Shown here: positions 6,520 to 16,234 of the stretch, in pieces | How the letters are laid out: every line of letters starts with the position of its first letter | Numbering within the stretch: the stretch's first letter is position 1 | IMG/VR virus record: IMGVR_UViG_3300025018_000059 | Span: 1-38,385 of that record | Direction: 5' to 3' (one strand) | Origin: a virus | Taxonomy: Duplodnaviria > Caudoviricetes | Length of the DNA stretch: 38,385 bases | Made by a program: the position numbers and the translations under genes | Notes under the pieces: generated by a model | What the model was told of the DNA's origin: nothing | Seen by the model: only the letters and a program-made list of their open reading frames with translations | Databases searched by the model: none

Positions 6520-7995
6520 ATGAGTACATTAGTAACAACAATAAACCCGAACGGAATAAACACATTTCAATATGAATCTCTTAATGTTTTCTCTCAATCT
6601 GAAATGACAGCAGATGAAAATACCGCTGCTATGAATGCTTATGTATCATTGTTCAGTCAGAAACGCACAGAGATAACAAAACGATTAAACAACTATCTGA
6701 GATATACAACTGAGAAACTCCCGATTGACGACAAGACCCCGGTCAATGCATTATCAAATAACAACAAAATCAAGAATTCTTATGAGTCTGTCATTGTAGA
6801 CGGCAAAGTAGGCTACATGTTTGGTGAGCCTGTATCAATCAATCTCAATAAAGATAACTACATGACTGAGAGCGGTGATATTAATCCTGTCTATGATGAA
6901 CACGTGAAAATGATTAATGATTACAAGATCATGAGCGCATGGGATGATACAAGCGCAGAAATAGGCAAGATGGCAGCTATCACAGGAGTCGGTGCAAAAC
7001 TGTTATGGATTGATGAAGAGCTTAATGTAAGATCAAAAAAGATTGACCCCTGGGAGTGTGTATGGATTGGAGAGAGTATTGAGGACATTGTTCTGGCTAT
7101 TAGACAATATCCGATACAGTACATTACAGACACAGGTGATGCAAAAGTAAAGCAGATTTATGAGATATATGATAAAAACTTTTACACTAAGTTTGAGTAT
7201 GACACTGATAAGAACACTAAGACAGTCAGTGAAACTATTCAACACTTTTTCGGCATTGTGCCGTTAATCCCATTTCCGAACAATGAGGAACGCATAAGCG
7301 ACTTTGAGAAAATCAAAACTATCATTGACTCTTACAATAACTGTACATCCTACATGGATGATGATAACGAAAATATAGCACGTACTATTCTCAAAATAAT
7401 GGGCATTGAAGTTGACGACGACATAAGAGAAAAGCTCAGAGAGTCCGGCATACTACAAATGAACTCAATCGGCATGGATAAAGTTGACGCCGAATTTTTG
7501 CAGAAGCTTGTACAGACAGACTTCTATAAACTTCTCTTGGACCAAAAGAATGAACAGATATTCAGAATTAGCTCATCTATAGATTGGTACTCCGATAAAA
7601 TGGTGGGTGATATTTCCGGCATTGCACTTAAAAGGCGAATGCTGCCTATGGAGTCAAAATGTAAAAGCACTGAGAGAAAAATTAATCGGTCAATAATGCA
7701 GGAGTTTAAGGGCGTATTCAATATCTGGAAACTACGAAACATTATAATTAATTACATGGACTTATCTATAATCTGGACACGTAACCTGCCTATCGACAAG
7801 CTAGAAGAAATTCAATTTCTTACTCAATCTAAAGGTGTTATTTCAAAACAGTCTGCAATGGGAATAAGCCCACTAGTTAGCAATCCAGAAAAAGAGATAG
7901 CACAAATGGAAAATGAGGACACGATTGAAGAGATAGACATTGAAGAAGAAGACTTGGAAGATGATAACGAAATAGAAAACGGTGATGATGAATAG
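6520..7995 (+). CDS. portal protein, SPP1 Gp6-like
   Basis: IVDGKVGYMFGEP, PLIPFPNNEERISDFE, SGIALK, WTRNLP motifs; position after terL. Confidence 0.93.
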   Translation: MSTLVTTINPNGINTFQYESLNVFSQSEMTADENTAAMNAYVSLFSQKRTEITKRLNNYLRYTTEKLPIDDKTPVNALSNNNKIKNSYESVIVDGKVGYMFGEPVSINLNKDNYMTESGDINPVYDEHVKMINDYKIMSAWDDTSAEIGKMAAITGVGAKLLWIDEELNVRSKKIDPWECVWIGESIEDIVLAIRQYPIQYITDTGDAKVKQIYEIYDKNFYTKFEYDTDKNTKTVSETIQHFFGIVPLIPFPNNEERISDFEKIKTIIDSYNNCTSYMDDDNENIARTILKIMGIEVDDDIREKLRESGILQMNSIGMDKVDAEFLQKLVQTDFYKLLLDQKNEQIFRISSSIDWYSDKMVGDISGIALKRRMLPMESKCKSTERKINRSIMQEFKGVFNIWKLRNIIINYMDLSIIWTRNLPIDKLEEIQFLTQSKGVISKQSAMGISPLVSNPEKEIAQMENEDTIEEIDIEEEDLEDDNEIENGDDE

Positions 7996-8006
7996 GGTGG
8001 AAAATA

Positions 8007-8207
8007 ATGTTTTTAAAGACACTAAATTATATTATTTGTAAAAGAATAAAAAGGAAAACACAAGTATTTAAAAAATTAGATATGGACTATATGAAAAAAA
8101 TATGGGACAATCAGTATAAATGGGAAACAGGAATATATGCAAAAGGTGGAAAGGATAGATTTGACAAAGCAATGATAAATATATTAAATAATAAAAAAGT
8201 GATATAA
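8007..8207 (+). CDS. small basic hypothetical protein inserted in the head module
   Basis: 66-aa AT-rich ORF filling the gap. Confidence 0.5.
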   Translation: MFLKTLNYIICKRIKRKTQVFKKLDMDYMKKIWDNQYKWETGIYAKGGKDRFDKAMINILNNKKVI

Positions 8208-8210
8208 CTA

Positions 8211-9161
8211 ATGAGTTTAAGAAAAGATTTTGATAAAGTTGATAAGATAATCGATAGGGTAATAGGACTAGGTGAACGTGGGCTTAAAGCAAATTATAAA
8301 GCAGCATTGAAAGAGATTAATAGTCTTATGATGACTGCTTACAGTAAATATGCTAAAGAGGGAGTATTAACTTTTGCTGAAATGCAGAAGTTTAAACGCT
8401 ATCAGAAGCTTATGAATACAATCACTAAGCAATTAAACGCAATGATGGCAAAAAGCAATAGGGTGATAAAAGGCTACACAAAAGCTGGATTCTCTCAGTC
8501 ATACTTCAGATACGGTTGGGCAATGGAGAGAAACTTGACAGTAAAGCTTGGCTATAATCTAGCTCCAATAAGAGCAATAAAAGCAAGTGTTAATGAGCTT
8601 ATCGGCGGGGCTACACTTGAACAGCGATTAGAGATACAGAAAAGAGAAGTCAATATACAGATTAGACAGGAAATTACAAGGGGGCTGACTAGCGGGGACT
8701 CATTGCCAAATATGGTAAAGCGTATTAATAATAAAATGAGTGTGTCCCTGGATAACATGAAAACTATTGTCAGGACTGAGACGGCACGTAACGCAAATGC
8801 AGGGATATTGGAATCGTACAAAGAGGCAGAAGATGCTGGAGTCGAATTGGTCAAAGTGTGGGTTGCATCCCTGGACACAAGAACCCGCCCCTCACACGGG
8901 GTACTAGACGGAGAGAAAGCTAATGAGGACGGCTTATTTGATACTGCATGGGGAATGGTAGAGGGGCCGTATAAAGATGCTCCAGTGGAAGAGGCTGTAC
9001 ATTGCCGATGTAGAACAATAGCAGAGATAGAGGACATGAAGCCTATGCTCAGGAGACAGGAAGGGGAAGTAACTGAAAATATTACCTTCAATGAGTGGAG
9101 AGAGCAAAAAGGATTAAAGCAAAATCAGTATGGACAATTATATAAAAGGGAGGCAGCATGA
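8211..9161 (+). CDS. minor head morphogenesis protein (SPP1 gp7 / Mu F family)
   Basis: IVRTETAR, KVWVASLDTRTRPSHGVLDG, HCRCR motifs. Confidence 0.9.
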   Translation: MSLRKDFDKVDKIIDRVIGLGERGLKANYKAALKEINSLMMTAYSKYAKEGVLTFAEMQKFKRYQKLMNTITKQLNAMMAKSNRVIKGYTKAGFSQSYFRYGWAMERNLTVKLGYNLAPIRAIKASVNELIGGATLEQRLEIQKREVNIQIRQEITRGLTSGDSLPNMVKRINNKMSVSLDNMKTIVRTETARNANAGILESYKEAEDAGVELVKVWVASLDTRTRPSHGVLDGEKANEDGLFDTAWGMVEGPYKDAPVEEAVHCRCRTIAEIEDMKPMLRRQEGEVTENITFNEWREQKGLKQNQYGQLYKREAA

Positions 9162-9349
9162 GTTATAGATTGAAAAAAGATATTGTTATTCCAGCAGGCA
9201 CAATTTTAAATGAAGCGCCTGGAGCAGTTGAAAATTTTGGAGAAGACCATTTTATTGTAGATATTGGATTAACTAATAATACATGCGGTGGGTTCACTTA
9301 TTGTATTGATGAACTAGAAGAGCTTAATGAATGGTTTGAGGAAGTATAA
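9158..9349 (+). CDS. hypothetical protein
   Basis: 63-aa ORF, GGAGG RBS, ATGA overlap. Confidence 0.65.
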   Translation: MSYRLKKDIVIPAGTILNEAPGAVENFGEDHFIVDIGLTNNTCGGFTYCIDELEELNEWFEEV

Positions 9350-9525
9350 TGAGTTATTTTCAAACGACATGGCCACAATGGGCTGTTATATTTTTATGGA
9401 TTATTAAGTTTGCTCTTATTGCAAAAGAGAATAAAAAGAATGTGATTATATGGGTTATAAATCTGCTTATGATTATAGGAATGGCAACGTTACTATATTT
9501 CGGCGGGTTTTGGAAAGTGTTGTAA
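9349..9525 (+). CDS. small membrane protein (58 aa, not in ORF track)
   Basis: MSYFQTTWPQWAVIFLWII...LLYFGGFWKVL; TAATG coupling. Confidence 0.6.
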   Translation: MSYFQTTWPQWAVIFLWIIKFALIAKENKKNVIIWVINLLMIIGMATLLYFGGFWKVL

Positions 9526-9610
9526 AATCCCTTGAATGGATGACCGACCGGAAGAGGGAAATGTAAATCACTGCCTGGCACGTACAGACAGGGAAATAGG
9601 AGTAAAAGAG

Positions 9611-10303
9611 ATGGCTATTACAATCGATGAAGTGAAAAGTTTTCTAACTGAAAATGCAACGGATGAAACTGTTAAAGGGTTTGTGTCTGAATTATCAAAG
9701 CCTAGTTTTGAGAGTGTTAGTGCATTTATTGAAACCGAAGAGGGTAAGAAATTAATGCAACCGATGTTTGATAGACGGGTAACTCAGGGCATAGACAGCT
9801 ATAAACAGAATCATGGTGCAAAGACTCAGACTGAAATCAATGAAATGCTGAAAGCAAAAGAGGAAGAGGTACGTAACAAGTATGCGCCAAAAGAAACACC
9901 GGAACAGATCAAGATTAGAGAACTTGAGGAAAGGCTGAATAACTCAGAATTTCAAAAGACTCAAGCTGAATTAAAAAATAATCTGGTATCGGCACTTACT
10001 GACAACGGACTCTCTAAAGAATTAGCCGGCTATGTATCGGTACAAAATGTCGATGAAATCCCCGCTAAAATATCAGAGCTAAAAAGCATCATTGATAATC
10101 AAGTGAAGCTTGGAATAGAAAGCAAGTTGAGCGGGTCGAGAGTAAAGCCTGGTAATAGTAACATCCCTGCTAATAAGGGAAGTATTGAAACTCTTGAAGC
10201 TGAATATAAACAGTTGGCAAGTAAGAAAGGTGATCCTTTCGCAGGAGCTAGAATGATAGCATTGCAAAGGGACATACAGGAACTAAAACAAAAAGGAGAA
10301 TAA
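9611..10303 (+). CDS. capsid scaffolding protein (DUF4355-like)
   Basis: FDRRVTQGI and PKETPEQ.KIRELEE coiled coil; precedes the capsid gene; AGGAG RBS supports a start at 9611 rather than 9536. Confidence 0.85.
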   Translation: MAITIDEVKSFLTENATDETVKGFVSELSKPSFESVSAFIETEEGKKLMQPMFDRRVTQGIDSYKQNHGAKTQTEINEMLKAKEEEVRNKYAPKETPEQIKIRELEERLNNSEFQKTQAELKNNLVSALTDNGLSKELAGYVSVQNVDEIPAKISELKSIIDNQVKLGIESKLSGSRVKPGNSNIPANKGSIETLEAEYKQLASKKGDPFAGARMIALQRDIQELKQKGE

Positions 10304-10304
10304 T

Positions 10305-11243
10305 ATGGCACAAGTATCTGGACAGGGGACAATTTGGAATCTACCTAATTATAGCGGAATGCTTTATACAGCGGATGCAATACGTACACCGTTTTTCAGT
10401 AACATGGGAATGCCTACACGTAAGACTGGAAACTTTGAATTTCCCACCGCATCGTTATATGACCACAGCGCAGCAGCACAGCCTGCTATTACTGAGACCG
10501 CATCGTTGACAGCACCCACAGCTACAGAGGCAATCAGAACTCAGGAAAAGAATGTTACTGAAATACACCAGAAAGCCGTAAAACTTTCTTACGTTAAGCA
10601 GTCTAACTCTGCAAGACTTTCTGGAATCAATACGGCTGGCGCAACTAATAACGCTGTGTCTGAGATGGACTTTCAGAGATTTGTTAAAATACAGGAAATG
10701 GCACGGGACATTGAATACAGCTTTTTAAATGGAGCTTATCAGATATCAACTTCCGCAGCCGTAGCTAATAAGACCCGTGGTATGTTTGAACTTTGCGCAA
10801 GTACCACCACTGTGAATGCAGCCGGAGCCGCTATTAGTAAAGTGTTGATAAATTCCTTACTTAAATCAATGGCAGATGCGGGCGCTTATTTTAATGACAT
10901 GTTCATGTTTGTAAATAGCTTTAACAAACAGGGAATAACTGACATTTATGAATATGTACCTACTGATAGAAATATCGGCGGAGCTAATATTCAGATGATA
11001 GAAACAGACTTTGGGCCCATCAGTGTTGTTTACAACCGTTTTGTACCAGCCGCTTCATTAGGTATCTTTGATATGAGTGCAGTCGGTGCAGTAGAGCAGG
11101 ATGTAAACGGAAAAGGTAACTTCTTTGAAGAGCCTTTAACTAAAAGTGGAGCATCCGATGACGTTATGATCTTTGGGCAGATTGGATTAGATCATGGCCC
11201 TGGATTTATGCACGGTAGTATCACATCTTTAGCAACATCATAA
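10305..11243 (+). CDS. major capsid protein (DUF5309/SU10-like)
   Basis: WNLPNYSG.L, NVTEIHQ, RDIEYSFLNG, ETDFG, GQIGLDHGP...HG motifs; size and position. Confidence 0.9.
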   Translation: MAQVSGQGTIWNLPNYSGMLYTADAIRTPFFSNMGMPTRKTGNFEFPTASLYDHSAAAQPAITETASLTAPTATEAIRTQEKNVTEIHQKAVKLSYVKQSNSARLSGINTAGATNNAVSEMDFQRFVKIQEMARDIEYSFLNGAYQISTSAAVANKTRGMFELCASTTTVNAAGAAISKVLINSLLKSMADAGAYFNDMFMFVNSFNKQGITDIYEYVPTDRNIGGANIQMIETDFGPISVVYNRFVPAASLGIFDMSAVGAVEQDVNGKGNFFEEPLTKSGASDDVMIFGQIGLDHGPGFMHGSITSLATS

Positions 11244-11253
11244 GGGGGGTATA

Positions 11254-11682
11254 ATGAGCAAAATATTAAAAAGGGAAGGGATAGCCCCACGGATAAGAGC
11301 TGAGATTGCACTCAGAGATAAGGCGTTATCCGGTGATATAGTTATGGTCATTGACCCTGAGACCGTTGCGCCTGTACCTACCGCAGCAGCATGGACAAGA
11401 AATGTTAAAATCAGCTTACAGACAGCCGCAGGGGAAGTGCATAATTGGCTTGACCATGCATATGCAACTACCGCAAGTATTGCAAATGACTCCACAGCAG
11501 GGACAGCAACTATCCCATCAACTACATTAACACTTGTAAATGGTGAAGCGACTATAGTTGTATCGGGGGATGCAGCAGCCTGGCTTGACACTGAGACAGA
11601 TACATTGACTATCGGTAATATTACAGTACTTGGCTATACAGTAACAGGCGGAACGTCAGTCGAGACGTTTACAGCTCTATAA
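11254..11682 (+). CDS. putative capsid decoration protein (Ig-like, T/A-rich)
   Basis: Beta-strand T/A/V-rich composition; directly after the major capsid gene. Confidence 0.55.
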   Translation: MSKILKREGIAPRIRAEIALRDKALSGDIVMVIDPETVAPVPTAAAWTRNVKISLQTAAGEVHNWLDHAYATTASIANDSTAGTATIPSTTLTLVNGEATIVVSGDAAAWLDTETDTLTIGNITVLGYTVTGGTSVETFTAL

Positions 11683-11692
11683 GGGGGACAAT

Positions 11693-12415
11693 ATGATTTT
11701 CAGTAAAGTATTGACTTCCACAGTGTTAGTAGATGATACTTATTCTTTTCGATGGCATGATGCTTGGGGAAGTGTGTCAAAGTATAAATCAGGCGTTAAT
11801 TTTCCAATTGATGACACAACCGGATATCCGGTAGAGGGAGTATTAACTGTTGTAAGTGCCGGCACAGGTGATTCAATAATTAGTCCTGATGTTACTGGTA
11901 ATAACTGGGCTAAGATAACTAATGCAGCTAATGAGTATGACGGAGTTAATTATCAGATTAACGGAGAAGCTTTTCTCTTAGCAACTAATAAGCCTTTCTA
12001 CTTTGGAGCTAGACTGTCAATCAGTGATGCAACACAAAGTGACCTGCTTATTGGACTGGCAGAAACCGACACTACTTTGATGGCAGTTGACACAGCTCAT
12101 GCTATCGCAGTAGGTGGAGACGGGTTGTTTTTCAGTAAGTTAGATGGTGTAACTTCCACAATAGCTAATGTGTATGATGGCGGGGCAGCCGTTGCATCCG
12201 TAGCGTGTGGCACAATGGACACTGACAAGCATACTTATGAGATTTATTTTGACGGTCAATTTGTGAACTTTTATATTGATGGAGTATTACAGACTAAGAC
12301 AGCCGATAGCCTGCCTAATGCAGCAATGACTCCCAGTATTAACTTTAGAGCAGGGGCAGCCGCTGCTAAGACATGTACTATTGAGTGGATGCGCTGTATT
12401 CAGATTTACGCATAA
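11693..12415 (+). CDS. putative virion protein with a concanavalin/LamG-like beta-sandwich
   Basis: HTYEIYFDGQFVNFYIDG pattern typical of ConA-like folds. Confidence 0.55.
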   Translation: MIFSKVLTSTVLVDDTYSFRWHDAWGSVSKYKSGVNFPIDDTTGYPVEGVLTVVSAGTGDSIISPDVTGNNWAKITNAANEYDGVNYQINGEAFLLATNKPFYFGARLSISDATQSDLLIGLAETDTTLMAVDTAHAIAVGGDGLFFSKLDGVTSTIANVYDGGAAVASVACGTMDTDKHTYEIYFDGQFVNFYIDGVLQTKTADSLPNAAMTPSINFRAGAAAAKTCTIEWMRCIQIYA

Positions 12416-12420
12416 GATTA

Positions 12421-12455
12421 GCCAGGGTGTAATATCCCTGGCACGTATTTATTTT
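12421..12455 (+). terminator. hairpin/terminator after the capsid genes
   Basis: GCCAGGG-TGTAATAT-CCCTGGC followed by ACGTATTTATTTT. Confidence 0.55.
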
Positions 12456-12469
12456 AGAGGAGAGATAAC

Positions 12470-12820
12470 ATGGCAAAAATTACAAAGATAAGCGCAAAGG
12501 GTAAAGAGACTTTAGCAACTAATGACGCTGAAATCAAAGAGGTACTTGATAGCATAGAGCCTGAGATTATAATCAAAGAACCTGTGATCGCTGAATTGAC
12601 AGACTCAGAGAAAGAAGCGGATAAACAAGCAGAACTTGCACGGGAAGAGATTAAAGCAAAATTAGAATCTGGTAGTGTTACTTTTTCAGGTCCTAAAAAT
12701 GGTATTGTCTGGTATCAGGGAAAAGGGAAAATCAAATTTGTCAATGGCGAATACACTACTAGCGATAAAGAAATAATTAAGTTTATGGAAAAATACGATT
12801 ATAAAAGGAAACAAAAATGA
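12470..12820 (+). CDS. hypothetical virion-associated protein
   Basis: 116 aa; KFVNGEYTTSD motif seen in head-module small proteins. Confidence 0.7.
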   Translation: MAKITKISAKGKETLATNDAEIKEVLDSIEPEIIIKEPVIAELTDSEKEADKQAELAREEIKAKLESGSVTFSGPKNGIVWYQGKGKIKFVNGEYTTSDKEIIKFMEKYDYKRKQK

Positions 12821-13074
12821 GTGTAAACAGACAGACTGAAATATCAGAATTAGAAATAGGTAATGTAGAAAAAGACATTATACAAGACACTAATGCTCAT
12901 GCCGGAACATGGCGCAAAATATATATAATCACTAATACAGTGTTTACTACTTTGACAGACTCAAAACTGAAAACAGGAGCTTACACAGTAGTGACCTTTG
13001 CAGCCGGACAAATATTATACGGTGATTTTTCTGTTATTCAATTAGCATCAGGTGCGGTAATCGCTTACAGATAG
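12817..13074 (+). CDS. hypothetical structural protein
   Basis: 85 aa; N-terminus MSVNRQTEI shared with 13642..14205. Confidence 0.7.
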   Translation: MSVNRQTEISELEIGNVEKDIIQDTNAHAGTWRKIYIITNTVFTTLTDSKLKTGAYTVVTFAAGQILYGDFSVIQLASGAVIAYR

Positions 13075-13084
13075 GAGGTGATAA

Positions 13085-13633
13085 ATGCATAAAGAAGCGC
13101 AAGTTTTAGAGCAATATCATTATGGCAATACCGGAGGCTTAGTTATTTTGACAGCAGACCAACATGATATACATCAGGGTAGGATGTTTAGAGCAACTAT
13201 TGTCACAGGTGAAATAGCAGCAGGTGATGAGATAAATATTAGCCTTAAAACACCGGATAGCGGACATGTGCATTTAAGACCCGTTTCAATATCATCGACC
13301 GAAAACATATTAGAATTATCACTCATTGAATCTGACGGTGTACCTGGAGGCGGCAATGCTGTCCCAGTTTATAACATGAATAGACATATTACAGACTTGG
13401 GGAAATTAGAAATTAAATTTAATGTTACTCATTTAGGTGGTGTTTATTTAGAGCAGATTATATCAGGCACAAATGGCGGGCAAACTACACGAAACGGCGG
13501 AGAGTCTAACAACAGATATAATGAGTACATATTGAAAGAAAATAATTACTATATCTTGAAAGTGAAAAATATAGGCACAATAGCCGGCACAACCGGATAT
13601 ATAAATATGCAGTGGGTTGAATATGAAATTTAG
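13085..13633 (+). CDS. hypothetical structural protein, paralog of 13642..14205
   Basis: H..IHQG..F, TP, H.RP..IS, V...N.NR, GG....E..L.....Y shared. Confidence 0.75.
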   Translation: MHKEAQVLEQYHYGNTGGLVILTADQHDIHQGRMFRATIVTGEIAAGDEINISLKTPDSGHVHLRPVSISSTENILELSLIESDGVPGGGNAVPVYNMNRHITDLGKLEIKFNVTHLGGVYLEQIISGTNGGQTTRNGGESNNRYNEYILKENNYYILKVKNIGTIAGTTGYINMQWVEYEI

Positions 13634-13641
13634 AGGTAAGC

Positions 13642-14205
13642 ATGAGCATTAACAGACAGACAGAGATAATGGAGCAAGAGCAAGAAGGATTAACAAAATA
13701 TAAAGGTATTATTAGCTCAGATCATGCGTATATACATCAGGGTAAAGCCTTCACTGCTATCATTAATACCGGCTCAATAGATGCCGCTTATGATATCGGT
13801 TTTCACACTCCTACTCTTAACGATGGAAAATTCATACATTGGAGACCTACATTAATATCTATTAGTGCGGATTATGTAGATTATGGATTATATGAAAATA
13901 ACGCATATACAGACGGCTCAGCAGTCACTCCGTTTAATCGCAATAGAAATTTAAAATCTACTCACTTAACAAAAATGACAAATATTGTAAAAGGTGCGAC
14001 TGCAACACCTGCAGGAATACTTATACAAAGTTTAGGTGTAGGGTCGACAGGAGTACCAACGGCAAAATCAGGTGGTGATACTGGTGCTGAAAATGAAATA
14101 GTATTATTACCTGACACCGATTATGTAATCACATTAACACCGACAGGGGCAACCACTGTTATTATAGAGCTATTTTGGTACGAGGAAGAGGGATATAAGG
14201 GGTAA
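13642..14205 (+). CDS. hypothetical structural protein, paralog of 13085..13633
   Basis: Same shared motifs. Confidence 0.75.
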   Translation: MSINRQTEIMEQEQEGLTKYKGIISSDHAYIHQGKAFTAIINTGSIDAAYDIGFHTPTLNDGKFIHWRPTLISISADYVDYGLYENNAYTDGSAVTPFNRNRNLKSTHLTKMTNIVKGATATPAGILIQSLGVGSTGVPTAKSGGDTGAENEIVLLPDTDYVITLTPTGATTVIIELFWYEEEGYKG

Positions 14206-14233
14206 GTATGATAAGAGCAAATAGGGGGATGAT

Positions 14234-14818
14234 ATGGCAGTCGTAACATTGGCAGAAGTCAAAACATTGAAGCAGATAACAGTATCAACTTATGATACAT
14301 TAATAACTACACTTATTCCCATTGTGCAGAATGAGATTAACGACATATGCCATAATTATTTTCTATCCAGCTCAGTGGAATATGAAGCCGACACTATTGC
14401 ATTTCTGGACACTGACCCTGATACAATTACAGATAGTGCAGAATTATTTGTTGACTCAAATTTTGCAGATGGCATGGAAATATATGTATCTGGAAGTATC
14501 AATAATGATGGCTATTATACAGTAGACACAGCAGCAGCCGGAACGCTTACACTAGCATCGGCTAACACATTGATCGCAGAAGCGGCAGGGGAAACGATTA
14601 CAATTAACAGGGTTATATGGCCTCAGGCGTTAAAACTTGTCTCTGCGAATATGATATGGCAGCAAGTCAGCAGAGGTCAAAACCCTGGCTTTAAATCTGA
14701 GCGGTTGGGTGATTATTCTTACACACTAGACACCGGGTCTGGATCTGGCGGGTTTGCTGGATATAGTGCGGAATCGATTGCAGGACTCAGACCTTATATT
14801 AAGGTGGTCTACAAATGA
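14234..14818 (+). CDS. head-tail connector/adaptor with an inserted beta domain
   Basis: VTLAEVK N-terminus, KSERLGDYSYT and LRPY C-terminus; central GSINNDGYYTV insertion. Confidence 0.8.
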   Translation: MAVVTLAEVKTLKQITVSTYDTLITTLIPIVQNEINDICHNYFLSSSVEYEADTIAFLDTDPDTITDSAELFVDSNFADGMEIYVSGSINNDGYYTVDTAAAGTLTLASANTLIAEAAGETITINRVIWPQALKLVSANMIWQQVSRGQNPGFKSERLGDYSYTLDTGSGSGGFAGYSAESIAGLRPYIKVVYK

Positions 14819-15132
14819 ATATTTCCCACCTGTACAATACAACCGTGATAATTGAACGAGACACATTGACTCAAGGCACATCAGGAGAAGCCGTACACAC
14901 ATGGGCTACATTTGCAACCGTGAAAGCGGCACTAAGACAAATAACAGGTGATGAGAGAATATTAAATAATAGGGACTCTGTAATTTCTACACATAGGTTG
15001 TATATTGATACACTGGCAATCACAGAAAAAGACCGTGTAAATATTAGTAGTGTTATATATCAGATAGTGAATGTGAACCCTATGCAGATTAATAATAATT
15101 TCATGCAGTTAGATTTAAGGATTGTGAAATGA
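14815..15132 (+). CDS. head closure protein (SPP1 gp16-like)
   Basis: W.TFATVKA, THRLY, ITEKDRV motifs; position. Confidence 0.8.
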   Translation: MNISHLYNTTVIIERDTLTQGTSGEAVHTWATFATVKAALRQITGDERILNNRDSVISTHRLYIDTLAITEKDRVNISSVIYQIVNVNPMQINNNFMQLDLRIVK

Positions 15133-15575
15133 GCAAGTACAGTTATAGCGGTCAAGGTTTTGAGATAAAAACAAATTTCTCATTCAAAGATATTGAGACA
15201 GCCGGAAAGCCGGCCGCCAAGAAATCTATAACTAAACTTGCTATAGCAATAGAGGGGCAAGCTGTATTATTATCACCATGGAAAGAAGGACGATTAAGGG
15301 ACAGTATAACATATTCAATTGAAGGGCAAACAAGTGATACAAAGGGAAAAGCTCAGGCAGGGGACGGCGTGCACACAAGTTTAGAACCTCTAACAGCTGT
15401 AATAGGTACTAATGTAGAATATGCCCCTTATCAAGAGTTTGGAACTTCAAGACAGGGTTATGCGCAGCCATTTCTAAGACCTGCATTTGATTTGATGACA
15501 GGCTCAAGAACTAAAAGAGAAGTCAGTCAAGCCATGAATGAAGAACTAAGAAAAAAGGGGATTAAATCAAAATGA
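15129..15575 (+). CDS. HK97 gp10-family neck protein
   Basis: GRLRDSI, GTNVEYAPYQEFGT, AQPFLRPA. Confidence 0.88.
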   Translation: MSKYSYSGQGFEIKTNFSFKDIETAGKPAAKKSITKLAIAIEGQAVLLSPWKEGRLRDSITYSIEGQTSDTKGKAQAGDGVHTSLEPLTAVIGTNVEYAPYQEFGTSRQGYAQPFLRPAFDLMTGSRTKREVSQAMNEELRKKGIKSK

Positions 15576-15964
15576 ATATAAGAGACGTTATTTATTCAAC
15601 CCTTAAAAATGACTCGGTAGTAGGACCTGCCGTATTATCAGGCTCTATATACAAAATATGCCCTATTCCTTTTGTACAACAATATACAGCCCCTTATATT
15701 ACTTATCAACAAATTGGTGAACCTATTGGAAATGTACCACAGGCAAAAATCCCCCGTTTTCAAATATCTGTATTTCATACCACAGCCGTACTTGCTGACA
15801 GCTTAGCCGAAAGTGTAAGGCTTGCTATGATGGGGATTAATGGAGATTATACAGGGATATCAGTAGCCTATGCGCAATTTGAAAATAAGATTGAGCTTTA
15901 TGAAGAGTTAGCAAAAATAAATTATTTTGTTTTAGATTACAGAATATTATATAAGGAGTCTTAA
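15572..15964 (+). CDS. tail completion/terminator protein (DUF3168-like)
   Basis: PYITYQQI and RFQISVF motifs; position. Confidence 0.75.
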   Translation: MNIRDVIYSTLKNDSVVGPAVLSGSIYKICPIPFVQQYTAPYITYQQIGEPIGNVPQAKIPRFQISVFHTTAVLADSLAESVRLAMMGINGDYTGISVAYAQFENKIELYEELAKINYFVLDYRILYKES

Positions 15965-15966
15965 AA

Positions 15967-16230
15967 ATGTTTGATGAAAAAAAGATGGAAATTGAGATAG
16001 AAGATAAGCAGGAAAAAAAGGCTTTTAAGAAAAAATCTGAGTCTGTACGGTCACAGACTTATGTTATCAAAGGATCTAAAAAGATGCTTGGTAATGAGAC
16101 TATAATCTTGAAATATGACTTTTTACCTGTTAAATCCTTCAAGTTACCTGCAGCCCTCACGGTCGAGTTAAGCAGGGAGCAGTATGATATTCTCAAAAGT
16201 AATCCATCAATAATTTTAGAGAAGGAGTAA
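15967..16230 (+). CDS. hypothetical protein
   Basis: 87-aa ORF, AAGGAG RBS. Confidence 0.7.
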   Translation: MFDEKKMEIEIEDKQEKKAFKKKSESVRSQTYVIKGSKKMLGNETIILKYDFLPVKSFKLPAALTVELSREQYDILKSNPSIILEKE

Positions 16231-16234
16231 AATA

